This document shows, piece after piece, positions 49,368-59,301 of a stretch of DNA of 64,000 nt (positions are counted from its first letter, which is position 1; every line of letters begins with the position of its first letter). A model generated the notes under the pieces. The model was not told the DNA's origin and made no database searches. It saw only the letters and a program-made list of their open reading frames with translations. Source of the stretch: Naegleria gruberi (taxonomy: Eukaryota); the NCBI GenBank assembly GCA_000004985.1, contig GG738914.1; one strand, written 5' to 3'. Made by a program: the position numbers and the translations under genes.

Positions 49368-50276
49368 ATTATTTAAAGTTGATATGCTGTTGATTAATAG
49401 TAAGGAAATAATTTTAATAACCCCATCAACCTTCTTATGATGAGAGGCAATGTGTACCAATTGCAGTTGTTGATTTTTCAAGTTTAACACTTGAAGAAGA
49501 TGAGAAATTGGTGATGTATTTTGTTTTTCAAAGAGAACACAAATGAATCTAAAACTGTCGTGAGTTAATGGAAGGTTGTTGCTTACTCCCAAGATTCTCA
49601 ATCTGTTGATGATTCCTTGTTGGTTATTTGATAATGGCTTGTGCGAAAATTATTTGGTCGGTTGTGTTGGAGCAAATCTGCAAGAAACCTCAAAAAGTGT
49701 TCTGATGATGGTTGTGTGACTGTTTTTTTTTGGCGATGGGCGTAGAGGTAAGGTTCCTTCTCCACTTACTTGGAACAAACAAAGACAATAAAAACCTTTA
49801 AGGAAATTGTTGAGCAAAGTACGACACTGTGTAAGATGTCAATAGTTGTGTGTTGGAATGGAAACAAAGCAGACTTTTAAACACTCAGCCTATTCTTGCG
49901 CCTTATTATGTTATTACATAACATTCCTTGTGGTGTTACTGAATTATACAAATGCAATCAAGCAAAGTATTGAGGAGAACAGAACTTGCAGTGTTACTCT
50001 TCAGCTCTCGTAGTACTCGGGCTAGTTTTCTTTAAAGCTAATGAGAGAACACAATAGGATTTAAACGAATGAATTTGGTCCTTATCAAGATCAATATACC
50101 CTAGTACATGTTTAATAAGAACTCTGTAAGGCAAAAGAAGTCGGGTTGTTCCTGCACGCTGTATTCGTCAACCATTTTTGGCATTATAAAGTCCTTGTTT
50201 GTCTTCTCTATTTAATTGTCTACTGTAGTAGTTCGCTTCATGTATTGAGTTGACTGAACTTGAAGTACATATTTAC

Positions 50277-51941
50277 TTAATCTTTCCTTATGAAAACAAC
50301 GGTTGAAGGATCTGTTTCCATTGCTTGTTCTAGAATGTCTTGATCGTGTCTTAGTGATTCCCCTACCATCAAAAAGGCAAAGCCATATGTTTTGCAAGCA
50401 AGCAATGCAATTTCCTTGTCATTACGAAACACCTCGGATGCATAGGAGAGTGCCTGCCCATTATTACCCACTGCTGCCATTACAACTTCACGATCCTTCT
50501 TGAGAGCTTCAGAGCAATAATCCAACACGGCACCATCAACTGTGACTGCCTTAAGAACAATGTCCCTATTATTCTTAATTTCCTCAGAAGCATATTGCAA
50601 AGCAGCTGGATATTCTTCCATGGAGAGCATGACAATTTCTTGATCTGATTTCATTTCCTCAGTTAAATGTTCAATGGCAGCTCCTTTCGATTGTTTTATA
50701 ATTTCCTTAATAAATTCCTTATCGGTCTGAAGTGACTCATCCACATATTCCATAATAATAGGTTGATCTCTTATACACTGCAAGATAAAATCACGATCAG
50801 AGCTGAATTCAGTACCATCAATAGCTTGAGGGTATGTGCTGATGGTCTTCAATAACAGTTCACGATTCTTCAAACTTTCATCCAATACATATTCAATAGC
50901 ACATCCATTAGTTGATACTGCCTGTTGAACAACTTCCAAATCACTTCTTAAATCATCAGAGGCGTATTCGAGAGCTTCTGCACTAGTTGTGACAGCTCTC
51001 AGAACAACTTGCTTGTCACCTCTAAGAGCATCGGAGGCATGTTCTAGAAGATTACCATCCCTTTCCACAGCACACATGACAATATCCTTATCATTTCTCA
51101 TTTCTGGATCAAGATGTTCGAAAACATCCTCATTGGTGGACAAGACATTGAGAATAATATTCTTGTCCTTCTTCAACTCTTCTCCAAAGTGTTCGTACAA
51201 ATTTCCTCCTCCCAACTCTAAAGCATGCATGACTAATTCTCTGTCACTCCTCAATTCCTCACTGGCATCTTCAAAAACATAGACATAGTTTGACATTGCC
51301 TTTTTCACAATTGATTTCACAGATTTAATTCTAGGTGAGGCAAATTCCAAAATTGATCCATCCCTCTCGACTGCAATTCCCATAAATTCTTCATCATCCA
51401 ACATTTTCGCATCACTCACTTCAACCAAACTTCTAGGATCTGTTGTTTCTCTTATCAATTCAATCATTAATTCTCGATTTCTTCTCATTGAATTACTGGC
51501 ATATTGGAGTGAATATGCATTCTCCAAAACAGCTACCTTAACAATCTCTCTATCTTCATCATAGATTACTCGAGGAGGACTCACCTGATCCCTATCATCA
51601 AAATACTCAAGTTTCGACAAATATCTCAACGAGCCTCCTCTCACTCCAACAGCTTGCAATATAAATTCCCTATCATTCAACAATTCATCGGGAATAAATT
51701 GGAGAGCATTTCCAAGAGTATTGGCCACAGCCTTTAAAACAAAATTCCGATCAGAGAGCATTTCCCGAGTAGCATATCTGAAGAAATCATTATTCGATGA
51801 TGAAATGGCCAAAATGAAATTCTTATTTGTGAATTTTTCGGTGGGAATATTTCGAATGGAGACTTCTCCAGTTAAAAGCTTGGAAATTAAAAGAAAATCC
51901 TCATCCGATAAAGAAGATGTACCTGTTTGGTGATTGTTCAT
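50277..51941 (-). CDS. DUF4116-type tandem-repeat protein (second member in the window)
   Basis: aaaaaaATG start. Repeated …(L/M)(R/K).D(R/K)E(I/V)V…AV…G.AL.YAS… units like those of the 41570 gene. Confidence 0.85.
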   Translation of the reverse strand: MNNHQTGTSSLSDEDFLLISKLLTGEVSIRNIPTEKFTNKNFILAISSSNNDFFRYATREMLSDRNFVLKAVANTLGNALQFIPDELLNDREFILQAVGVRGGSLRYLSKLEYFDDRDQVSPPRVIYDEDREIVKVAVLENAYSLQYASNSMRRNRELMIELIRETTDPRSLVEVSDAKMLDDEEFMGIAVERDGSILEFASPRIKSVKSIVKKAMSNYVYVFEDASEELRSDRELVMHALELGGGNLYEHFGEELKKDKNIILNVLSTNEDVFEHLDPEMRNDKDIVMCAVERDGNLLEHASDALRGDKQVVLRAVTTSAEALEYASDDLRSDLEVVQQAVSTNGCAIEYVLDESLKNRELLLKTISTYPQAIDGTEFSSDRDFILQCIRDQPIIMEYVDESLQTDKEFIKEIIKQSKGAAIEHLTEEMKSDQEIVMLSMEEYPAALQYASEEIKNNRDIVLKAVTVDGAVLDYCSEALKKDREVVMAAVGNNGQALSYASEVFRNDKEIALLACKTYGFAFLMVGESLRHDQDILEQAMETDPSTVVFIRKD

Positions 51942-52270
51942 TTTTTTAATTATTTAAAATTAATATTTAATAAATATTTAATTTTCAATCATGAGTTAAT
52001 TATTAAATATTAAATATCAAAGCAAGTTCTGATTTTCATGGTATATTCACATCACGTTAATAAACTGTGAACCAATATTTTGTTTGATGTTTTGTGATGT
52101 TTGGCAGTTGGGTGTGAAGTTAAATTTGCAATTACCAAGAAAATATTTTTGGTAACCTCTAATTGATAGCAGCCAAACTCAATAGGGAGATAGATACCTT
52201 ATTCAATGTTGATCGTTGCATGAATAAAACAACACGCCAGTTTTCAATTTTCAGAACAAGATAAAAAAAT

Positions 52271-53575
52271 ATGGGGAACAGACATTTGAAAGCAAAATCA
52301 ATTTCTAACAAGATCGCTCCGAGTGAGCAGATACAGATAGCAAATATTCATGATAAATCATATTCTTCATCACTTTCTGAATCACTAGAATTTACTCATC
52401 TATTATCTATGGGAAGTAATGATAAAGGTCAACTTGGACGAAACTTGTTTAAAGAAGATGATACTGAAACTTATCCGATAGGACCAGTTCTTGAACTCTA
52501 CCATAAAGAAACACCAAAATCCATCGAAGATGAATACGAGAGATTAGAAATGGATTCAAGAATTCTCAGAGATATCAAACATGTAGCCGCCGGCAGATCT
52601 CATCTCTTGCTGGTGACCAATTCCAATAAGATTTATGCGATGGGCTTCAATAACTATTCACAATTGGGATTCAAGGAGGAAGAACAATACATTCCCAGAT
52701 TGAGACCTGTTGAGCTACCAGAAAAAGTTTCATCAGTGGATGGAGTTGCTGCTGGTTGGTTTCACTCAATTATTCTATGTGATGGTGGAAAGATTTTCAG
52801 TAGTGGACATTCGTTCTTTGGTCAGACTTTTGATGTCAAGATGGGTTCATCATTTCAGAGGTCGAATAAGATGAAATTTCTGGAGAGGGATAATTGTAAA
52901 GTGAATAGTGTGCATACAGCAACATTTTCATCGAGTTTGCTTGTGGATGGTTGGAAGATTTATGCATGTGGAGAAATGGATGCCAATTCGAATTCGTCTA
53001 ATTATTTGGTGCCTGGATGTGACATTTTCAAACAAAAGGAATCAATTAAGAGTGTGAAACATGCTGATAAGGGAATTGTTGTGCTAACGCATAAGGGAAA
53101 TGTCTATATGGCCAATAAGGATAGAGGTTTCCATGAAATAGTTCAGAATGTTTACAGTTTCGTACCATCTCACATGTATGAAACAACTTATTTCTTGAAG
53201 AATAATTCAAATATCTTGACAGAGTGTAATTTGGGACCATTCTCTGTTCGATCCAATATTGACATTGGACGATTTGTACAGAAATATGGACTCGAAAATA
53301 TTCAAATATGTGCAGGATATTGTTTCTACTATTTGGTTGTAAATAAGAAAAGAGTTTACTCAATTAATGGAACAGAACTCAAAGAAATACTAAACCTCGA
53401 AGGAGTTTCCACCAGTGTCCTCATTAAGGAAGTCGTTTCGACCTCAGACTGTACTTATGTTGTATTCGAAAGATGTATTTCCACAGCCAGTGAAAAGCTA
53501 ATGAAAACAAGACTCTTGAAAAATCAAAAGCATGCAGATCTCCTCATTACCACCCAAACCACTCAACTGGATTGA
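52271..53575 (+). CDS. RCC1-like repeat protein beginning MGNRH
   Basis: aaaaaaatATG start. RCC1-type blades (SMGSNDKGQLGRN…, YAMGFNNYSQLGFKEEE…VAAGWFHSIILCDGGKIFSSGHSFFGQ…). Confidence 0.7.
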   Translation: MGNRHLKAKSISNKIAPSEQIQIANIHDKSYSSSLSESLEFTHLLSMGSNDKGQLGRNLFKEDDTETYPIGPVLELYHKETPKSIEDEYERLEMDSRILRDIKHVAAGRSHLLLVTNSNKIYAMGFNNYSQLGFKEEEQYIPRLRPVELPEKVSSVDGVAAGWFHSIILCDGGKIFSSGHSFFGQTFDVKMGSSFQRSNKMKFLERDNCKVNSVHTATFSSSLLVDGWKIYACGEMDANSNSSNYLVPGCDIFKQKESIKSVKHADKGIVVLTHKGNVYMANKDRGFHEIVQNVYSFVPSHMYETTYFLKNNSNILTECNLGPFSVRSNIDIGRFVQKYGLENIQICAGYCFYYLVVNKKRVYSINGTELKEILNLEGVSTSVLIKEVVSTSDCTYVVFERCISTASEKLMKTRLLKNQKHADLLITTQTTQLD

Positions 53576-54121
53576 GTTTTCCATCAACTTCTTCTCCGAT
53601 TCCTTCCGAGCTCCAAATAAAACTCCAACTCCGAATCTCGACTGATTCATATTCCATTCCAATTACCTTCCCATTAATTATCTTTGCTTATTCCATTTTT
53701 CAATTCCAAATTATTAAATATCACTTTTAATTTTAATTATTAAAATGAAATTGTTCTCTCATCACCAAAGAAAGATCCCAATGTTCAAAAAGGCTTTAAA
53801 AATTTATTAACGTTAAATCTTCCTAGTGAGTACGATTCGCACTTGGTGCAGATTTTTTCAATTTTGTTCATCCTCAAAAAAAAATTTACAACTTCTGCTT
53901 TGAACGGTAGCTGCTATTTTTCGATTCGAGAAAAGAATACCTTTCATTATTGGCCAATTCGGAAGCCCTAACACGCAACACTGAAAAATCAACTTGCTGA
54001 TTCACGTGTGTCGTGCTCGAGTACTAGTAGTAACACCTATATAACATCGTTTTGGATTGTGCTAGTAATAATAATATTTTAATAATAGAATTTATACAAT
54101 TTAATAATATATTGGAAGAAA

Positions 54122-55279
54122 ATGGGACAAAATCAAGGAAGTGAAGCCTATGAGGATGGTTCATCATCGTCGACAGGATTTACTTTTAATAGGGACTATC
54201 TGGATGAAGAAAGAGGAGCTAGTAAAGGCATTGCCATCAACAAGCATAATAATTATGGAAGTGAATCTGGCTCTCTAACAAATGATACTCCAATACGTAC
54301 CTATCACTACACTGGCAGTACACGTGAGATGAGAGAGTATTTGCCTTCAAAAGTAGTAACACCTGGTTCTCCTGTTAAAAAAGAAAGAATTTCTTCTAAT
54401 TTACATGAAACCAGCTCCGAAGTTTGGAAAAAGAGTTATCTCTACAAATTATGCGAACAATTATCACCTAGTTTAGTAGTATGCATTGAACATTGGGTGA
54501 AAGAAGACTCGGACACACTGACCGGATTATGTATCAGGTATAATATTGATGAAAAGGTAGAATTAGCAACTATTAATTCTACAGGAGTGGATGATGAAAG
54601 TCTTTCTCACGCTCCTAGTATGTTCATACCAGTTCATGAATATAACATTCAAATATTGAAATCCATGTCAAAATCCTCCCAAAACTCACCAACAACATCA
54701 ACCCCTAAAAAGAAGTCTAAAAAACCTTCGGAAGAATTTGTAAATAATTTCATGTCTCCAGAACTTTTGGCTAGTATGATATTCAGCGATGGACATGCAT
54801 CTTTTTCAGCAACACATTTATATTTGCATGATTACTATTTTACTTCACACCAACCTGATTTGACAGCAATCAAGCATTGTGCTGAAAATTGTCAATTTTA
54901 TAGAACTATTGATTTCAAACATATTTCCCTAGTTACTAAAATATCTTCAGTCAAATCTATTGCTTCACTCGCTTCAGGAAATAACGTGTGTATTTCTAAA
55001 GAAGTATTCAATTTTGTATCCTCCCCACACAAACACGAGTCACAATTTGATAATTTATTCATGGTCCATTTCAAAGAACCAAAGGAAATAGAGAATACTA
55101 TGATCTCAGAAAATCCAGAAAGAATTGGTGTCATGAAAAGCACCAAGCTAGAGGGTAATTTACTTCGCCACACATTATCACGTCAAATGCCAATTTTGTT
55201 CCTCATTAACTCGGAGAAAGTTAGTGAATTTTTGGAAACTTTACAGGACTATGTAGCTGTCAACGATGAGCAATTATAA
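54122..55279 (+). CDS. hypothetical protein beginning MGQNQGS
   Basis: gaaaATG start, 385-codon frame, no recognisable domain. Confidence 0.6.
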   Translation: MGQNQGSEAYEDGSSSSTGFTFNRDYLDEERGASKGIAINKHNNYGSESGSLTNDTPIRTYHYTGSTREMREYLPSKVVTPGSPVKKERISSNLHETSSEVWKKSYLYKLCEQLSPSLVVCIEHWVKEDSDTLTGLCIRYNIDEKVELATINSTGVDDESLSHAPSMFIPVHEYNIQILKSMSKSSQNSPTTSTPKKKSKKPSEEFVNNFMSPELLASMIFSDGHASFSATHLYLHDYYFTSHQPDLTAIKHCAENCQFYRTIDFKHISLVTKISSVKSIASLASGNNVCISKEVFNFVSSPHKHESQFDNLFMVHFKEPKEIENTMISENPERIGVMKSTKLEGNLLRHTLSRQMPILFLINSEKVSEFLETLQDYVAVNDEQL

Positions 55280-55507
55280 ATACATGATTTAAATTTTGTT
55301 AAATCTAAAATAATGTTTTTTAATATCACAATTCATTATTCCTAACAAGATATCAATATCCATAGGTTCCTTAAAGACTTCCAAGTGGATTAAGTTCAAA
55401 AGGCAGTTTGTAATATTGTCCATTATTATTGTGTTGAGTAGTGAACATATTCTCCTAGTAGTTTTTCAGTAATCAACTTAATTATCATTGCAATATATTA
55501 CACAAAT

Positions 55508-55712
55508 TTACATTTCTTCCACATCATCCCCTTTAGGTCCTCTCTTTTTAGATGTTGTCTTTTCCTTCTTGGCTTTTTGACTTTGTCTGTATTGATTCAA
55601 AGTTCTAACCATTTCATCTTTATATTCACCAAGTTCCAATTCATCCAAAGCCTCAAGAACATCATCAGCTGTGAGTGTTGATCGTTTGTGTTTTGTTGCT
55701 TGTTCTTGAGCA
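55508..55712 (-). CDS. histone-fold protein, exon 2 of 2
   Basis: A ~133-nt intron (55713..55845, GTATGT…TTATAG) restores …TAQEQATKHKRSTLTADDVLEALDELELGEYKDEM… This is the histone-fold helix 3 and C-helix, as in KKTISPEHVIQALESLGFGSY of Dr1. TAA near 55508. Confidence 0.65.
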
Positions 55713-55845
55713 CTATAATTATATTAAATAATATAAATAATCATTTGAGTATAATTATCATTCGTCATCAATTAATTGATTTTAAAATCCAATAAGAATA
55801 ATAAGAACATTAACCATTAAATTATCATCTCGAATTAAAACATAC

Positions 55846-56213
55846 GTTGCAGTTAGATACATAATAAAAACAACAGCAGCCTTTGAAAAGGCTAATTTGG
55901 TATCATTAGAAAGTTGTACCTCATCAGGAATTATTCTCCTAATCACTCTCAACACATTTGATCTTGGTAAATCAAAGCTATATTCTCCTTCGCCACCATC
56001 ACCACCACCAGATGTTGAATTTGCCAAACTAGATGATGAAGCACTTGCCGATACGGTTTGTTGATGACTTGTACGATTACCTGCTGAAGATCCACCTCTT
56101 GTACTTCCCTTCTTTGGTCCTCTCTTTCCAGGTGTTGATTGTTGTTGTTGTTGCGGCTGTGGTGGAAGGTGATGAAATCCACCGTGGAATGGCTGATGAG
56201 GAGGATGATCCAT
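55846..56213 (-). CDS. histone-fold protein (NC2-beta/Dr1- or NF-YB-like), exon 1 of 2
   Basis: ATG at 56213. Gln/Pro/Ser-rich N-terminus, then FDLPRSNVLRVIRRIIPDEVQLSNDTKLAFSKAAVVFIMYLTA, which is the H2B-like histone-fold helices 1-2. The exon ends …GCAAC|GTATGT (phase 2). Confidence 0.7.
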
Positions 56214-56570
56214 CTTGTATTCTTGTTAATGTTATTTTGTTTTTAATATTTTAAATTTTAAAAAATAATATTTAAAAAAATTTACAAATCCAGTTTGATG
56301 AATTAATTTTTGGTTTTCATTGTTGTTTTTGATGATGAATTAATTGTTAGAATTCATGGAAACAAATTTTAGGAATCAAGATATTTCCGAAGGCTTTGAT
56401 GATTCATTAGAATTTTACGTTTTTTACAATATTTCTCGGATAGATGTAAAGAAAGGAGAAAGGAAATTAGTTTGTACTCATATCTTGATTATAGGAGGTC
56501 CAAGGTAGCAAGTCCTGAGTTTCTACGCCATGTCCTGTAAAAGGACAAATTCCAATCATCTATTTATGTG

Positions 56571-57581
56571 ATGAAGATTGATTCCAAACAAAGCAACACA
56601 ACAAACAAAATGTCTAGAATTATTCTCTTGACTGGTGCTACAGGTACTATTGGAAAGCTTTTACTTGAATTTTTGAATGAAAAATCAACAACAGAAGAAT
56701 TGACTGTTAGAATTATTGTAAGAAATGTTGAGAAGGCAAGGGAAAATGTAAAGAATTTTGAAAAGTTAAAATTTGAATTTGTTGAAGGAGATTTGAATGA
56801 TTTGGATAGCTTGAAGGATCCACAAGAGGTATTCAATCAAATTGAAAGATTATTTATTCTCACAATTGATAGTCCTGATAAATCAGATATTGAAACTAGA
56901 TTGGCAGAGTTGGCACTTGAACATTCACCATCTTTGGAACAAATTGTCAAGTTCAGTGCTTTGGGAGCATCTGAAGATTGTGAAACAAATAGTGTTTTCC
57001 GTTGGCAAGGAGAAGCTGAAAAGTCACTCATCAAGCTCCTTAAAAATCATAACAAGAAAGAAAAGAATCATTTGGTTTCACTTGTCTTGATTAGACCTAA
57101 TCTATTCATGCAAAATTTATTGTGGAATGATGAATTGGAATCTATTAAGGGAGGATTTCTCATTCGTCCAGATTCCAATCCAACAAGTTTATTCCACATT
57201 TCTCATGTTGATGCCAGAGACATTGCCGAATTAATTTCCATCGTATTATTGGAGAAGGATCACAAGAAGCATGGCAATCAAACCTATAACATTACAGGAC
57301 CAATGGTTTTAACCTATGAAGAAATTGCAACCATGCTTTCCAATCATTCAGGAAAGGAAATTACCTATCAAGCAGTTCCAGAATCCTACTATGCTGACAT
57401 TCTCAAACAAGCTCAACTTCCCAACGAGTTCATCTGGACAATGCTCAAACTCTATCAAACCTACAAGTGGAATCCAATGACTCGTCTCATTTTCAGTGAT
57501 TTCCAAATAATCACTGGCAAGCCACAACGTTCCTTTGAGCAATTCCTCTCTGACTATCAATTCTCCCTCAAATTACAATAA
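56571..57581 (+). CDS. NmrA-like / atypical SDR NAD(P)-binding protein
   Basis: A Rossmann motif (M)SRIILLTGATGTIGKLLLEFL lies near the N-terminus. A second ATG at 56610 is an alternative start. The track ORF begins at a GTG at 56568. Confidence 0.8.
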   Translation: MKIDSKQSNTTNKMSRIILLTGATGTIGKLLLEFLNEKSTTEELTVRIIVRNVEKARENVKNFEKLKFEFVEGDLNDLDSLKDPQEVFNQIERLFILTIDSPDKSDIETRLAELALEHSPSLEQIVKFSALGASEDCETNSVFRWQGEAEKSLIKLLKNHNKKEKNHLVSLVLIRPNLFMQNLLWNDELESIKGGFLIRPDSNPTSLFHISHVDARDIAELISIVLLEKDHKKHGNQTYNITGPMVLTYEEIATMLSNHSGKEITYQAVPESYYADILKQAQLPNEFIWTMLKLYQTYKWNPMTRLIFSDFQIITGKPQRSFEQFLSDYQFSLKLQ

Positions 57582-57689
57582 ATCCAATGATTTTACAATA
57601 TTCTCCTCAACAACATGTAAAACTGAAACAAAATGACCTGAAATGAACTTTGATAAAAAGTTCATGGCGCCAAAATAAATACAAAAAAA

Positions 57690-58066
57690 ATGTCTCAACA
57701 AGAATCATTAGATGCTCCACCAATTATTGAACAAATGGTGATGCAATCACAAATGTTTGAAGATCCGATCACTGGTGAGATGAATGTGAGTCATACCTAT
57801 GTAAAACCAAACTGTGGAGGAGGAAAATATCATGGTGAATTAATTGATGTTCGTATCAAGGCAAAGAAGGCTCATGATTTGTATCAAGTCATTGTTAAGC
57901 CTCATGATCAAAAAGTCATGAAGGGAATTGGAAGTGTCAGAGTTCTTCATAATGATCAGGAACTTGTTGCTGATAGCTCTAACTTTGGATCGGAAAGTTC
58001 AATTGATCTCGATTTTAAAGCAAGTAATGGAATGAAGGTTGTTGTTGAAATCGATTGGAAGTACAA
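57690..58066 (+). CDS. small hypothetical protein, exon 1 of 2
   Basis: aaaaaaaATG start. The apparent TAA stop at 58068..58070 is part of an AA|GTAAGT donor (phase 2). Confidence 0.55.
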
Positions 58067-58114
58067 GTAAGTTTATTGAGGAGTATATTTTATATTCATT
58101 TTTCTTATTATTAG

Positions 58115-58202
58115 TATTAAAGCTGTTTGGCCACCAATCATTCAAGAAGAATTAACTGTAGATAGTCATAAAGAAGTCCACATTGTTGTGAAAGTCAAAT
58201 AA
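58115..58202 (+). CDS. small hypothetical protein, exon 2 of 2
   Basis: A 48-nt intron (58067..58114, GTAAGT…TTATTAG) continues …WKY-N-IKAVWPPIIQEELTVDSHKEVHIVVKVK*. Confidence 0.5.
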
Positions 58203-58254
58203 GAAGATTCAATTGTGAACTATTCAATGAAATGTAATTAAATAATTATGAAAA

Positions 58255-58794
58255 TCAATCATGCACTACAAATTTCTTATCAGTGACAATTGCAAGATAT
58301 TTGCATTTCTTTAAAAAGAAAAAAGCCAATGGACTATTTTGGACGTTCACTGGTACTTTCTTTTTGTAATCACTATCATAACAATCAATAATGGGTTTGG
58401 ATGCAGTTGCAAAATAGATTTTCTTCTTATAGAGATCCAAAGCAAATTGGGTTGGTGGATTACTGCAATAAGTTTTGTTCACCACTTTCATTTGCTTTGA
58501 CAAATGATATATTGTATAATAATAATGTGGTCCAAATGTACAAGTACTCAGAATCAAATTATGATTCAATTCATCATATCCAAATCCATATAATCCACCA
58601 TTTGACTTATCGACCCCTTTTGCCTTAATTTTATCCAATACTTGACCTGTCTTGGTATCCATCAAGTATATATGTTCTCCATAATCCGGCATACTATAGA
58701 TTATGCCTCTTTCATCCTCCAAAAATCGTTGATTACGTGCTTCAACATGAACACTCCACAATACAGACCCACTCTCCAAATCTACTTTTTTCAC
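58255..58794 (-). CDS. hypothetical protein, C-terminal segment (possible beta-propeller-like repeats)
   Basis: Its frame stays open upstream across the stop of the previous ORF, so a -1 frame shift joins them. There is no ATG, GT donor or AG acceptor in the ~70-nt overlap. Confidence 0.5.
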   Translation of the reverse strand: MKKVDLESGSVLWSVHVEARNQRFLEDERGIIYSMPDYGEHIYLMDTKTGQVLDKIKAKGVDKSNGGLYGFGYDELNHNLILSTCTFGPHYYYTIYHLSKQMKVVNKTYCSNPPTQFALDLYKKKIYFATASKPIIDCYDSDYKKKVPVNVQNSPLAFFFLKKCKYLAIVTDKKFVVHD

Positions 58795-58835
58795 CTCTGT
58801 TCCATCACCATTAATAAGGAAGCTTTTCTCTGTCT

Positions 58836-59177
58836 TTAAAGGAAATAATCTAGAATAGGGTTGGGCCAGTGCATATCTTCCGAGTGTTTTAATTTGAATT
58901 TCGTTGTGGAATTATCATCATCAGCATTAATTATAATAATTTCTCCAACAAACACTTGCGGATTGTTGTCTGGTGAATAGGGATTATTAACTTTTACAGT
59001 GATAGCAACAATGTAATCCTTATCGGAATGAGGACAGTGAATCGAGCTCATGACACAGTTTTCATTCTCCAGCAGAGGAAAATCAATATTTGCCACTACG
59101 TTTTGTTTAGATTGATAACCTTTATTATCATCACTGCTGAACTGTTGCTGTTGAGCATTAACGTTGTTCGTGCTCAT
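58836..59177 (-). CDS. hypothetical protein, N-terminal segment. A frame break separates it from the next ORF.
   Basis: ATG at 59177 (MSTNNVNAQQQQF…). Confidence 0.5.
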   Translation of the reverse strand: MSTNNVNAQQQQFSSDDNKGYQSKQNVVANIDFPLLENENCVMSSIHCPHSDKDYIVAITVKVNNPYSPDNNPQVFVGEIIIINADDDNSTTKFKLKHSEDMHWPNPILDYFL

Positions 59178-59301
59178 CGTATTTTATTTCAATATCTAAT
59201 ACAACAGCAAAGTGAACTTGATCTCTACTAACTTTAACATGTTTGTACTAAGGAATTTGGAAATGGTTGCCAACTTGTGTTGAGGGAAATATTGTTGTGC
59301 T

